The notes below the pieces were generated by a model that did no database searches, had not been told where the DNA came from, and worked only from the letters and a program-made list of their open reading frames with translations. From Bacteroidota bacterium (lineage in GTDB: Bacteria; Bacteroidota; Bacteroidia; Bacteroidales; UBA10428): a stretch of DNA of 64,000 nt. The stretch is taken from contig JAEZZA010000004.1 in assembly GCA_023442525.1 (NCBI GenBank), positions 32,052 through 96,051 of the forward strand, read 5' to 3'. The position numbers and the translations under genes were made by a program. The first letter of the stretch is position 1; each line of letters begins with the position of its first letter. Of this stretch, positions 18,559 to 27,887 are shown in pieces.

Positions 18559-20052
18559 ATGAAATTTGATGTAGCTATTATTGGAAGTGGTTTAGGCGGA
18601 TTGCAGTGCGCTTACATTCTCAGCAAGGAAGGATATAACGTTTGTGTTCTCGAAAAGAACCGTGTACTGGGTGGTTGTCTCCAAACATTTTCGAGATGTG
18701 GAACTGTTTTTGATACCGGTATGCACTATATCGGAGGAATGGATAAGGACCGGCTGCTTTATAAGCTGTTCAATTATTTCGACCTGAATTCAGGATTGCA
18801 ATTGAAACGCCTCGACGACGACGGCTATGATGTCATTCGTTACAACGATAAGGATTACCGGTTTGCAATGGGATATAAACAATTCACCGAATCGTTCTGT
18901 GAGCAGTTCCCCGGCGAAAGGGAAGCCATTGGCAAATACGTTGATATGATGCGTGAGGTACGTGATTCAGTTGATTTTTATAACCTTGAGAATCTCAGTA
19001 GTTCCAATACTGCTTACCTGAAGTATTACGGGATGGGGTTTGCCGATTTTCTTGATTCCATTACAACAAATGAAACGCTCAAAAACGTACTTACCGGATT
19101 CGCACCTCTCTACGGGGGCATGAGAGAAACTTCACCCGTTTATATTCCCCTGATCATTCATTCTTCATATATTGAAGGATCGTACCGTTTTGTTGGCGGT
19201 GGATCTCAGTTAAGTGAGCTTCTCGCCAATTCGATTGTAAAAAACGGAGGTACCATTATGAAAAAGGCCTGCGTTACCAGGGTTGAATACAAAGATGAGA
19301 AAGTAACATCGCTTGAAATAAACGGAACCGATCATATAGAAGCCGACCACTTCATTTCGGATATTCATCCAAAAACCTTGTTCAGCCTGTTGGATGGAAA
19401 TGCTTTCAGGCCTGCGTACACGAATCGCATTAATAGTATCGATGAAACTTATGGAATGTTTACCGTATATTTGTCGATGAAACCTAAGGCGTTCAGGTAC
19501 ATCAACAAGAATTATTTCTGTTATCAGGTGAAGGATCTGTGGAACGACTTTCATTATACGCAGGATACCTGGCCGGGAGGATACATGATCCACTTTTCGG
19601 CATTTGAAGACGACATGGAATATGCTGATGCAATCATCGTTAATACCGTTATGCGATGGGAGGAAATGACACCCTGGATTAATACAACGTTTGAGAACAG
19701 AGGCGAAAGCTACCTTGCTTTCAAACAGATGAAATCCGCAAAAATCATGGAACAGGTAGAAAAGGATTTCCCTGGTATCAAAAAGGCAGTGAAATTTGTC
19801 TATACCTCATCACCACTTACCTATCGTGATTATACCGGAACATGGGAAGGCTCTGTATATGGAATTCAGAAAGATTATAAGAATCCATTAAAAACAATGA
19901 TCTTGCCAAGAACGCGGTTGAGAAATCTTCTGCTCACCGGTCAGAACACAAATGTACACGGCGTGGTAGGAGTTACAATTGGTTCATTTCTTACCTGTGC
20001 CGAAATATTGGGCAAGACTTACCTTATGAACAAAATGCAAAATGCCGGTTAA
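18559..20052 (+). CDS. NAD(P)/FAD-dependent oxidoreductase, CrtI-like, copy 2 (tandem paralog)
   Basis: 497 aa with motif VAIIGSGLGGLQCA. It is collinear with copy 1 along its full length (for example YTSTPLTWRDYTGTRRGSAYG versus YTSSPLTYRDYTGTWEGSVYG). Confidence 0.8.
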   Translation: MKFDVAIIGSGLGGLQCAYILSKEGYNVCVLEKNRVLGGCLQTFSRCGTVFDTGMHYIGGMDKDRLLYKLFNYFDLNSGLQLKRLDDDGYDVIRYNDKDYRFAMGYKQFTESFCEQFPGEREAIGKYVDMMREVRDSVDFYNLENLSSSNTAYLKYYGMGFADFLDSITTNETLKNVLTGFAPLYGGMRETSPVYIPLIIHSSYIEGSYRFVGGGSQLSELLANSIVKNGGTIMKKACVTRVEYKDEKVTSLEINGTDHIEADHFISDIHPKTLFSLLDGNAFRPAYTNRINSIDETYGMFTVYLSMKPKAFRYINKNYFCYQVKDLWNDFHYTQDTWPGGYMIHFSAFEDDMEYADAIIVNTVMRWEEMTPWINTTFENRGESYLAFKQMKSAKIMEQVEKDFPGIKKAVKFVYTSSPLTYRDYTGTWEGSVYGIQKDYKNPLKTMILPRTRLRNLLLTGQNTNVHGVVGVTIGSFLTCAEILGKTYLMNKMQNAG

Positions 20053-21748
20053 ACCATGGTTTAAGAGGAGAAGACCGAGGGTATTTCTGGTGCTGGTTGT
20101 CCTTATTATTGCCGCACTGATATACCTTGCAGTTGTGGCCATTGACCGTCCGCCTGAAGTTGATGATATGTCGGCGCTCGATATTCAACGGATTGATCAC
20201 GGTAACGGAACATATAGTTATGGCTCAAACTGGCTTCGCAAAAGCGAAAGCGGATTGTGGGAGTTGTACCTCGAAGGAAGTCCATTTGAACGTGGCGTAG
20301 CATTCGGACAACTTACCCGGGAACTGCTATATTACCAGGAAACCACATTTTTTAACCAGATTCGCGAAATAATACCGTCGGACAGATACCTCAAAGTCCT
20401 GAAATACTTCATTGCTTTTTTTAACCGTAATCTCGACAACTGCATATCCGATGAGTATAAAAAGGAGATTTACGGAACTTCGCTGGCCTGCGATCCTTCT
20501 TATGATTTTATAGGTTCGGGATATCAAAGACAATTGAATTACCATGCAGCACACGATATAGGGCATGCCTTACAGGGTATGAACCTGGTGGCCTGCACAT
20601 CGTTTTCGGCCTGGGATAATAAATCAAAGGATTCTTCATTGCTGATCGGAAGGAATTTCGATTTTTATATGGGCGACGAATTTGCCGTTAACAAGATCGT
20701 GTGTTTTGTCAAACCAGACAGCGGTTACCGGTTCATGATGATTACATGGGCCGATCTGATCGGTGTGGTTTCCGGTATGAATGAAAAAGGACTTACGGTA
20801 ACACTCAACGCGGCCAAATCAAAAATTCCATGGCAGGCTGCAACACCGGTGACTCTTCTGGCACGCGAGATTTTACAGTATGCCTCAGACATTGACGAAG
20901 CTTATGAAATAGCCCGTAAGCGCGATTTGTTCGTTTCGGAATCTATTATGATCGGTTCTGCTAATGACAACACTACAGCCATAATTGAAAAATCACCTCA
21001 TAAAACGGCACTCTATAATCCCGGAGGAAACCTTATTGTGTGTTCCAATCATTTTCAGAGTGAAGAATTTGCAGATGACCCGCGGAATCTTGAGAATATA
21101 AAAGAATCCGATTCATTCGACCGGATGAAGAGGGTAAACGAACTTCTGAGCCGTAGTGAGAAAATTGACGTAGGTATTGCAGCATCCATTCTTCGTGATC
21201 AGAAAGTGTTGAATGATGTTGACGCGGGGATGGGCAATGAGCTGGCGATAAATCAAATGATTGCTCATCATTCGGTAATTTTCAAACCCGACAGTCTGCT
21301 GGTATGGATATCCACTGCTCCATGGCAACTCGGAAAGTTTGTAGCGTACGATCTGAACGAAATTTTCAATTTGCCGGCACAACTACCCGACAGAGAAATT
21401 CAATTAGTTAGCAGAACAATACCTGCTGATTCTTTCCTGTATAACAACGAATATACTCAGTTCATGCGGTACAGGGAACTGAGCCGGGAACTCCGGCTTT
21501 TAAAAAATGTGCAAAAACCGCTTCCCGAGGGCTTTGCCGAAGAATACATTCAGACTAATCCGTTGCTTTATCTGACGTATTCGAATCTTGGCGACTATTA
21601 CTACGAAACAGGCGATATGGAAACCGCCGTTAAATATTACAAAGGCGCACTTGAATGCAGATTGCCTGGATTGGAAGAAAAAGTTCATCTGGAAAAAAAG
21701 ATCACGAAAATTTCAAAAAAAACAGATAATGGCTCTTCGAGAAATTGA
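20042..21748 (+). CDS. C45-family (acyl-CoA:6-APA acyltransferase-like) protein with N-terminal TM helix and C-terminal TPR-like tail
   Basis: 568 aa. TM segment VFLVLVVLIIAALIYLAVVAI, candidate nucleophile context LVACTSFSAW, GRNFDFY block, and a C-terminal TPR-like YYYETGDMETAVKYYKGAL. Confidence 0.6.
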   Translation: MPVKPWFKRRRPRVFLVLVVLIIAALIYLAVVAIDRPPEVDDMSALDIQRIDHGNGTYSYGSNWLRKSESGLWELYLEGSPFERGVAFGQLTRELLYYQETTFFNQIREIIPSDRYLKVLKYFIAFFNRNLDNCISDEYKKEIYGTSLACDPSYDFIGSGYQRQLNYHAAHDIGHALQGMNLVACTSFSAWDNKSKDSSLLIGRNFDFYMGDEFAVNKIVCFVKPDSGYRFMMITWADLIGVVSGMNEKGLTVTLNAAKSKIPWQAATPVTLLAREILQYASDIDEAYEIARKRDLFVSESIMIGSANDNTTAIIEKSPHKTALYNPGGNLIVCSNHFQSEEFADDPRNLENIKESDSFDRMKRVNELLSRSEKIDVGIAASILRDQKVLNDVDAGMGNELAINQMIAHHSVIFKPDSLLVWISTAPWQLGKFVAYDLNEIFNLPAQLPDREIQLVSRTIPADSFLYNNEYTQFMRYRELSRELRLLKNVQKPLPEGFAEEYIQTNPLLYLTYSNLGDYYYETGDMETAVKYYKGALECRLPGLEEKVHLEKKITKISKKTDNGSSRN

Positions 21749-23027
21749 AACACGAAGTAAGGATGAAATTATACAGTTTCAGGAAAATGAACTGAAGAAA
21801 ACATTACAGTATATAAATACACATTCGAAATTCTATATCAATACTTTTAAAAAGCATCAGATCGATATAGAACAAATCAAAACACTCGATGATCTGAGTC
21901 AACTGCCGCTCACCACCAAGGAAGATCTTCAGTTAAATGGTTCCGACTTTGTTTGCGTGGATAAGAAACAGATTGTGGATTACATTACAACCTCGGGAAC
22001 GCTTGGTGAACCTGTGGTTTTTGCCATGACAGATAACGATCTGAACCGTCTTGCATACAATGAATATCTTGGATTTGGCGTTGCTAACTGTACTGGCGAT
22101 GATATATTCCAGTTGATGACCACCATGGACCGGCGATTTATGGCTGGTCTTGCTTATTTTTTAGGTGCCAGGATGCTTAAAGCCGCTATGGTGAGGGTAG
22201 GTAATGGTATTCCCGAATTGCAGTGGGATTCCATCCGAAGGTTTTCGCCGACCACACTGGTTGCCGTTCCGTCATTTTTACTAAGCGTTATTGATTATGC
22301 CGAGCGAAATGGTATTGATCATCGAAAAAGTGGAGTGAAACGTGCTGTTTGTATTGGCGACTCCATTCGCAATACCGATTTTACATTTAATACATTGGGG
22401 AAAAAGATATCTGAAAAGTGGCCCGAATTAAAGCTTTATTCAACCTATGCCTCCACTGAAATGGCCACTTCGTTTACGGAATGTGAATTCGGCGTTGGAG
22501 GTCATCATGCCCCGGAACTGATCATTATTGAATTCCTTGATGAAAACGGCAAGCCCGTTCCTTCGGGTACACCCGGAGAAGTTACAATTACTACACTGGG
22601 AGTTGAAGGCATGCCCCTGCTGCGTTTCAAAACGGGCGATATAGCCTCTGCTCATACAGCGACCTGTAAATGCGGAAGGAATACCCTGAGGGTAGGACCG
22701 GTAATCGGCCGTAAAAAACAAATGATCAAATTCAAGGGTACTACACTTTACCCACCTGCTCTGTACGATATCCTTGAGAATATTGATGGTGTAAAGAATT
22801 ACGTGGTAGAAGTGTATACTAACCAGATCGGCACTGATGAAATACTCATCAGGGTAGGTGCCAATGATCATTCCGAAAGCTTTGAAAAAACTATCAAGGA
22901 TCATTTCAGGGCACGGCTCAGGGTTGCTCCTGCCGTGAAGTTTGAATCACCCGATTATATTAACAGCCTGCTCTTGCCTCCCATGAGCCGTAAACCGGTG
23001 AAACTTATCGACCGGAGAGGAGAGTAA
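21729..23027 (+). CDS. Phenylacetate-CoA ligase family (PaaK/F390 synthetase-like) adenylating enzyme
   Basis: The start MALREIETRSKDEIIQFQENELKK is typical of the PaaK family. Contains TTSGTLGEPV and YASTEM motifs. ATG 21729 was chosen (20-nt overlap with the upstream gene); the track ORF starts at 21588. Confidence 0.75.
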   Translation: MALREIETRSKDEIIQFQENELKKTLQYINTHSKFYINTFKKHQIDIEQIKTLDDLSQLPLTTKEDLQLNGSDFVCVDKKQIVDYITTSGTLGEPVVFAMTDNDLNRLAYNEYLGFGVANCTGDDIFQLMTTMDRRFMAGLAYFLGARMLKAAMVRVGNGIPELQWDSIRRFSPTTLVAVPSFLLSVIDYAERNGIDHRKSGVKRAVCIGDSIRNTDFTFNTLGKKISEKWPELKLYSTYASTEMATSFTECEFGVGGHHAPELIIIEFLDENGKPVPSGTPGEVTITTLGVEGMPLLRFKTGDIASAHTATCKCGRNTLRVGPVIGRKKQMIKFKGTTLYPPALYDILENIDGVKNYVVEVYTNQIGTDEILIRVGANDHSESFEKTIKDHFRARLRVAPAVKFESPDYINSLLLPPMSRKPVKLIDRRGE

Positions 23028-23104
23028 AACATAAAACCATCATATCTAATATAAAAAATTGCTGAAACGCAAAAATATTCGTTTTTGTAATTAGTATATT
23101 TATG

Positions 23105-23130
23105 CCCCGTTTGAGTAGAACGGGGTTTTA
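23105..23130 (+). terminator. Hairpin plus T-run inside the cluster
   Basis: CCCCGTT-TGAGTAG-AACGGGG followed by TTTTA. It lies 78 nt after the ligase stop and 18 nt before the thioesterase ATG. Confidence 0.5.
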
Positions 23131-23148
23131 TCATAATTACGGAATTAT

Positions 23149-23568
23149 ATGGTTGAACTCGTTTGCCGCACCGAATCCAGGGTGCGGTTCAGTGATGTGG
23201 ATTCAATGGGTGTCGTCTGGCACGGAAATTATATCAAATTGTTTGAAGACGGCAGAGAAGCTTTTGGTAATCTCCATGGTATAAATTATATGGATTTTTA
23301 TAGCCGGGGTATTCTGATCCCGCTGGTAAAAATCAGCTGCGATTACAAAAAGCCACTGAAGTACGGCGATACGGCTGTAATTGAAACCCGCTTTGTTAAT
23401 TGCGATGCCGCCAAACTTAAATATGAATACACTGTTTACAGAAACCATACGAACGAAGTAGTGGCTACCGGTTCTTCAATTCAGGTATTCCTGAACCTGG
23501 ATATGGAACTGCTGCTCGACTTCCCTCCTTTTTACCTTGAGTGGAAAAAGCGACATAACCTGGCTTAA
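23149..23568 (+). CDS. Acyl-CoA thioesterase, 4HBT/YbgC hot-dog family
   Basis: 139 aa with RVRFSDVDSMGVVWHGNYIKLFEDGREAF (catalytic Asp context). Confidence 0.8.
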   Translation: MVELVCRTESRVRFSDVDSMGVVWHGNYIKLFEDGREAFGNLHGINYMDFYSRGILIPLVKISCDYKKPLKYGDTAVIETRFVNCDAAKLKYEYTVYRNHTNEVVATGSSIQVFLNLDMELLLDFPPFYLEWKKRHNLA

Positions 23569-23602
23569 ATAACATTTTACTGTGTAAATCGAAAATTCGT
23601 AA

Positions 23603-24745
23603 ATGCATCCCGTATATGTGATATCCGATAACATCATTTCCTCGCTGGGATTTACAACCGACGAAAATGCATCAAACCTTCTGAAAGGTATTTCCGGTAT
23701 AAAATTGCATAATGATATTTCTCTTTCGCCAAATCCTTTCTGGGCATCCATTACCGATCACAGCAGACTTAATGAGGAATTTTCATCTTTTGCAGATCCC
23801 GACAGGTACACTCTTTTTGAAAAACTGGTCATCCGTTCGGTTAAATATGCATTAGAGCCTGTTTCACCGGATATCCGAAACGACCGCGTCCTGTTAATAC
23901 TTTCAACTACCAAGGGAAATATTGATGTGTTGAATAAAAACAATCCGTTTCATAACGATTCCCGGAGAGCATATTTATGGGATACTGCGGAACGCATCCG
24001 GAATTTCTTTCAGCTTACAAATACTCCGGTAATTGTTTCAAATGCCTGCATTTCAGGCGTTCTGGCCGTTATCACAGGGGCCCGGCTGATCCGTTCACGA
24101 CAATTCGATCATGTAATTGTTACCGGAGCCGATCTGGTTACTGAATTTGTTCTGGCCGGGTTCAATTCATTTCAATCGATCTGTGACGGACCCTGTAAAC
24201 CTTTCGATATGAACCGTACAGGCCTGTCGCTGGGAGAAGCCGCAGGTACTATTGTACTTTCATCAGAACGGGGACTTGCAGGCGATTTTGCACCAACCAT
24301 CGGAAAGGGATTTTCAAGTAACGACGCCAATCATATTTCGGGTCCGTCAAGAACAGGCGAAGGCCTGGTAACCGCAATTGAAAAAACCATTGAACCGGAT
24401 ACCGCCATCGACTATATTTCTGCTCATGGCACGGCTACCCCTTATAACGACGAAATGGAATGTATTGCACTTAACAGGACCTTATTGAATCATATACCTG
24501 TTAACAGCCTGAAAGGATTCTGGGGACATACCCTTGGCGCAGCCGGACTAATTGAAATAGCTGCCGCATTGTATTCGATGGAAAAAAATGTTCTGTTTAA
24601 AACACTTGGATATGATGTCCATGGAACCACTCAGCCCCTTGCTGTGATTGACCGGAATATGAAATGCAACGTAAATACTGTTCTGAAACTGGCTTCAGGA
24701 TTTGGCGGAAGTAATGCTGCTCTTGTAATATCCAGGGAATCATGA
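23603..24745 (+). CDS. Beta-ketoacyl synthase (KS-3)
   Basis: 380 aa with Cys context VSNACISGVLAV and His contexts SAHGTATPYND and WGHTLGAAG. Confidence 0.85.
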   Translation: MHPVYVISDNIISSLGFTTDENASNLLKGISGIKLHNDISLSPNPFWASITDHSRLNEEFSSFADPDRYTLFEKLVIRSVKYALEPVSPDIRNDRVLLILSTTKGNIDVLNKNNPFHNDSRRAYLWDTAERIRNFFQLTNTPVIVSNACISGVLAVITGARLIRSRQFDHVIVTGADLVTEFVLAGFNSFQSICDGPCKPFDMNRTGLSLGEAAGTIVLSSERGLAGDFAPTIGKGFSSNDANHISGPSRTGEGLVTAIEKTIEPDTAIDYISAHGTATPYNDEMECIALNRTLLNHIPVNSLKGFWGHTLGAAGLIEIAAALYSMEKNVLFKTLGYDVHGTTQPLAVIDRNMKCNVNTVLKLASGFGGSNAALVISRES

Positions 24746-25365
24746 AAGAGAGTTATTTTATTACCGATTATTGCACCATCCGAAAGCAGACGGTTTCCGA
24801 AAACGGACAGGTTGTATTCAAAGGAAGTGAATCCAAACCTGCTGCCTTTTTCACTGAAGCTTACAAGCGCTTTGCATTTAATTACCCCAAGTTCTACAAG
24901 ATGGATACCCTTTGTAAACTGGGATACCTGGCATCGGAGATTGTTCTGAAAAATAAGGAGATTAACGGGAAAAATACCGGTGTTATTCTTTATAACGCGG
25001 CATCATCGATGGATACAGACCGGAATCATCAGCATTCAATTGACGATCGCAATGCCTGGTTTCCGAGTCCCTCTGTTTTTGTTTATACCCTGGCCAACAT
25101 TGTAATCGGCGAAATCTGCATCCGGCATAAAATTTACGGCGAAGGTGCCTTTTTTATTTCGGAAAAATATGACATCGATAAAATGCACAATTATGTTGAA
25201 CTGCTTTTCAACGATAATGTAATTCAGAACTGCCTTACCGGCTGGGTGGAATGCAACGGTGATCATTACGACTGTAATCTGATGCTGATTCAAAAATCGT
25301 CAGTTAAAAGAGAAGGATTTGTTATTTTTGATCCCTTAAATATCCGGGAGATTTATTCACATTGA
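24742..25365 (+). CDS. Short KS-like (thiolase N-terminal-like) accessory protein
   Basis: 207 aa with ATGA overlap with KS-3. No catalytic Cys/His motifs seen. The family call is tentative. Confidence 0.45.
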   Translation: MKESYFITDYCTIRKQTVSENGQVVFKGSESKPAAFFTEAYKRFAFNYPKFYKMDTLCKLGYLASEIVLKNKEINGKNTGVILYNAASSMDTDRNHQHSIDDRNAWFPSPSVFVYTLANIVIGEICIRHKIYGEGAFFISEKYDIDKMHNYVELLFNDNVIQNCLTGWVECNGDHYDCNLMLIQKSSVKREGFVIFDPLNIREIYSH

Positions 25366-25373
25366 AAACAGCT

Positions 25374-25631
25374 ATGGAAAAACTTATTGCAAAACTAAAG
25401 GAGGAAATTATCGAAGCGCTTAATCTTGGCGATATGAAGCCCGAGGATATCAACGAAAATGAACCGCTGTTTGTTGATGGGCTTGGACTCGATTCCATAG
25501 ATGCACTTGAGCTTATTGTACTTCTGGAAAAGAATTACGGATTAAAACTGGCTACTGCTGAAGACGGAAAAAGAGTATTGCGCTCGGTTAGAACGATGGC
25601 GGAATTTATCAGGGAAAACAATAAGGGATAA
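25374..25631 (+). CDS. Acyl carrier protein (ACP-2)
   Basis: Contains GLGLDSIDALEL. MEKLIAKLKEEIIEAL parallels ACP-1 MEELIRQLKQDIIEAL. ATG 25374 is preferred over the track TTG at 25362. Confidence 0.9.
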   Translation: MEKLIAKLKEEIIEALNLGDMKPEDINENEPLFVDGLGLDSIDALELIVLLEKNYGLKLATAEDGKRVLRSVRTMAEFIRENNKG

Positions 25632-25633
25632 TC

Positions 25634-26851
25634 GTGCCGAGAGTTTTTGTTACCGGATACGGAATTATTTGTTCAATAGGCACCGATGCCGAAAGCGTCG
25701 GGAACTCGCTTCGTGAAAAGAAATCGGGAATAGGACCGATCGACCTGATCGATACGGTTTATAAGAATGAGATTCCGGTTGCTGAAATCAAACTTACAAA
25801 TGATGAACTCAGGGTGCTGGCCGGAACCGGTAAAGAATTCAGGTCGCGGACGGCTCTCCTGGGTGCCATAGCAGCACGCCAGGCTGTTTCACAGTCACGA
25901 TTGGATAAAAGATCTTTTAATAGTTGCGCTCTTATTTCAGGAACTACTATAGGCGGAATGGATCGCACCGAGGAATTCTATAAAGTATTCAGAAATAACC
26001 GAAGAAAAGGTAAGATCTCCGAAGTAGCCGGTCACGACTGCGGATCAGCGGCAGAGCTAATGGCAGATCATTTTGGAATCACCGGTATAATTTCCACAAT
26101 CAATACGGCGTGCTCTTCATCGGCAAACGCCATTATGCTCGGATCAAGACTAATCAAACAGGGATTAATCAAGAAAGCTTTGGTTGGAGGAACCGACTGC
26201 CTGGCACGTTTTACGCTGAACGGATTTAACAGTCTGATGATACTCGACCGTGAACATTGCAAGCCTTTCGATGAAAACCGCAATGGCCTGAACCTGGGCG
26301 AAGGTGCTGCATTCCTTGTACTGGAGCCGGAAGATGAGGTGATCCGCGAAAAAAAGAAAGTATTTGCCGAAATCAGCGGATATGGTAATTCATGCGATGC
26401 ATACCATCAGACCGCATCGTCGCCCGATGGGAATGGCGCATATCTGGCCATGAAACAGGCACTTGAAAGCGCCGGATTAAATGCGGGCGACATCGATTAT
26501 ATCAATGCCCATGGCACCGGTACAAAAAATAATGATCTCTCAGAAGGTGTTGCCATTGAGAGGCTTTTTGGTGAAAATATTCCGGCTTATAGCTCAACAA
26601 AGGCGCATACAGGTCATACACTTGGAGCTGCAGGCGCTGTTGAAGCAGTAATCAGCATTCTCGGTTTGAGTTCAGGTTGCATCTATCCCAATCTTAATTT
26701 CTCGCAAAAAATGCAGGAACTGAAGGTTGAGCCTGTGCACGAAATTCAGAGCAGCAAATCGTTACATCATGTTATGTCGAACTCCTTCGGCTTCGGAGGT
26801 AATAATTCATCATTGATCATTTCAGCAGTATCCGATGGAAGCATTTATTAA
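25634..26851 (+). CDS. Beta-ketoacyl-ACP synthase (KS-2, paralog of KS-1)
   Basis: GTG start (MPRVFVTGYG). Contexts TACSSSANAI, NAHGTGTKNND, TGHTLGAAG. Confidence 0.9.
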   Translation: MPRVFVTGYGIICSIGTDAESVGNSLREKKSGIGPIDLIDTVYKNEIPVAEIKLTNDELRVLAGTGKEFRSRTALLGAIAARQAVSQSRLDKRSFNSCALISGTTIGGMDRTEEFYKVFRNNRRKGKISEVAGHDCGSAAELMADHFGITGIISTINTACSSSANAIMLGSRLIKQGLIKKALVGGTDCLARFTLNGFNSLMILDREHCKPFDENRNGLNLGEGAAFLVLEPEDEVIREKKKVFAEISGYGNSCDAYHQTASSPDGNGAYLAMKQALESAGLNAGDIDYINAHGTGTKNNDLSEGVAIERLFGENIPAYSSTKAHTGHTLGAAGAVEAVISILGLSSGCIYPNLNFSQKMQELKVEPVHEIQSSKSLHHVMSNSFGFGGNNSSLIISAVSDGSIY

Positions 26852-27887
26852 AGGCATATCAGTAATTTCACCCCCGGTTGCTGCGGAAAATAACAATCTG
26901 CAAGCATTGCAGCCCGGCTTCGGGTACTTGAAATGTGTTGAACCGCAGTACCGCGAATTTATCGATCCCATGGCATCACGCAGAATGAGCAGGATTGTCA
27001 AGATGGGTGTTTATTGTGCCAGGAAATGCATAAAGGAAACCGGAATTGATATGCCCGACGGGATCATAGCGGGAACGGGTCTTGGATGCCTCGAAGATAC
27101 CGGTAAATTCCTTGATTCGATTTATGCAAACGATGAAAAGCTTCTGAATCCCACACCATTCATACAATCCACACATAACACAATTGCCGGTGCCATTGCA
27201 TTGGCCATCAAGTGCCACGGTTATAATGCCACTTATACGCAACGGGCGTTTTCTTTCGAAAATGCGCTCAGTGATGCTATGCTACAACTGGCAGAAAATC
27301 CTTCGATGAATATTCTTACCGGAGGCTTTGATGAAGTCACAGAAACTTCATTTGAACTGACCTCACGACTGGGACTGTGGAAAAATCATCCGGTAGACAT
27401 TCATCGTCTTTATGAATATAATACCCGGGGCAGTATTGCAGGTGAAGGCGTGGTATTTATGATGCTTGGAGGAAAACAGGACATAACAGGTGCCGTCTGC
27501 ATCAAATCGCTCTCGTATGTTTTCGATCAGGGGAGTGATATCAATGGCACGGTTTTGGATATGCTGAATCAAAAAGGAATCGACCTGGGAAAAACCGACC
27601 TCGTTATGCTTGGATATAACGGTGATTCCCGAAGCGATCATTATTATCATCAACTGGTGAAAGGAGCACTTAAGCATAAAGCCGTTACTGCCTATAAGCA
27701 TTTGTGCGGTGAATATGATACTTCCACATCATTTGCCCTCTGGCTTGCCTGGCATATTCTCAAAAACGGTATGCCTGTACTGCCGGCATTTACAGAGGAA
27801 AAGCTCCCCCAGGAAATACGCTCAGTTCTGATTTATAATCAGATCAGGGGAAAGTACCATTCAGTATATTACCTCCAAAAATGCTGA
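26835..27887 (+). CDS. KS-like chain-length-factor-type partner 2 (no active-site Cys)
   Basis: 350 aa with IQSTHNTIAGA at the Cys position. Collinear with the 15991-17067 protein. 17-nt overlap with KS-2. Confidence 0.75.
   Translation: MEAFIKGISVISPPVAAENNNLQALQPGFGYLKCVEPQYREFIDPMASRRMSRIVKMGVYCARKCIKETGIDMPDGIIAGTGLGCLEDTGKFLDSIYANDEKLLNPTPFIQSTHNTIAGAIALAIKCHGYNATYTQRAFSFENALSDAMLQLAENPSMNILTGGFDEVTETSFELTSRLGLWKNHPVDIHRLYEYNTRGSIAGEGVVFMMLGGKQDITGAVCIKSLSYVFDQGSDINGTVLDMLNQKGIDLGKTDLVMLGYNGDSRSDHYYHQLVKGALKHKAVTAYKHLCGEYDTSTSFALWLAWHILKNGMPVLPAFTEEKLPQEIRSVLIYNQIRGKYHSVYYLQKC

Noticed and set aside
23102-23284. 60-aa ORF overlapping the intra-cluster hairpin and the thioesterase start.
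   Set aside because: It is out of frame with the well-supported thioesterase gene and starts inside the hairpin, so it is probably spurious.
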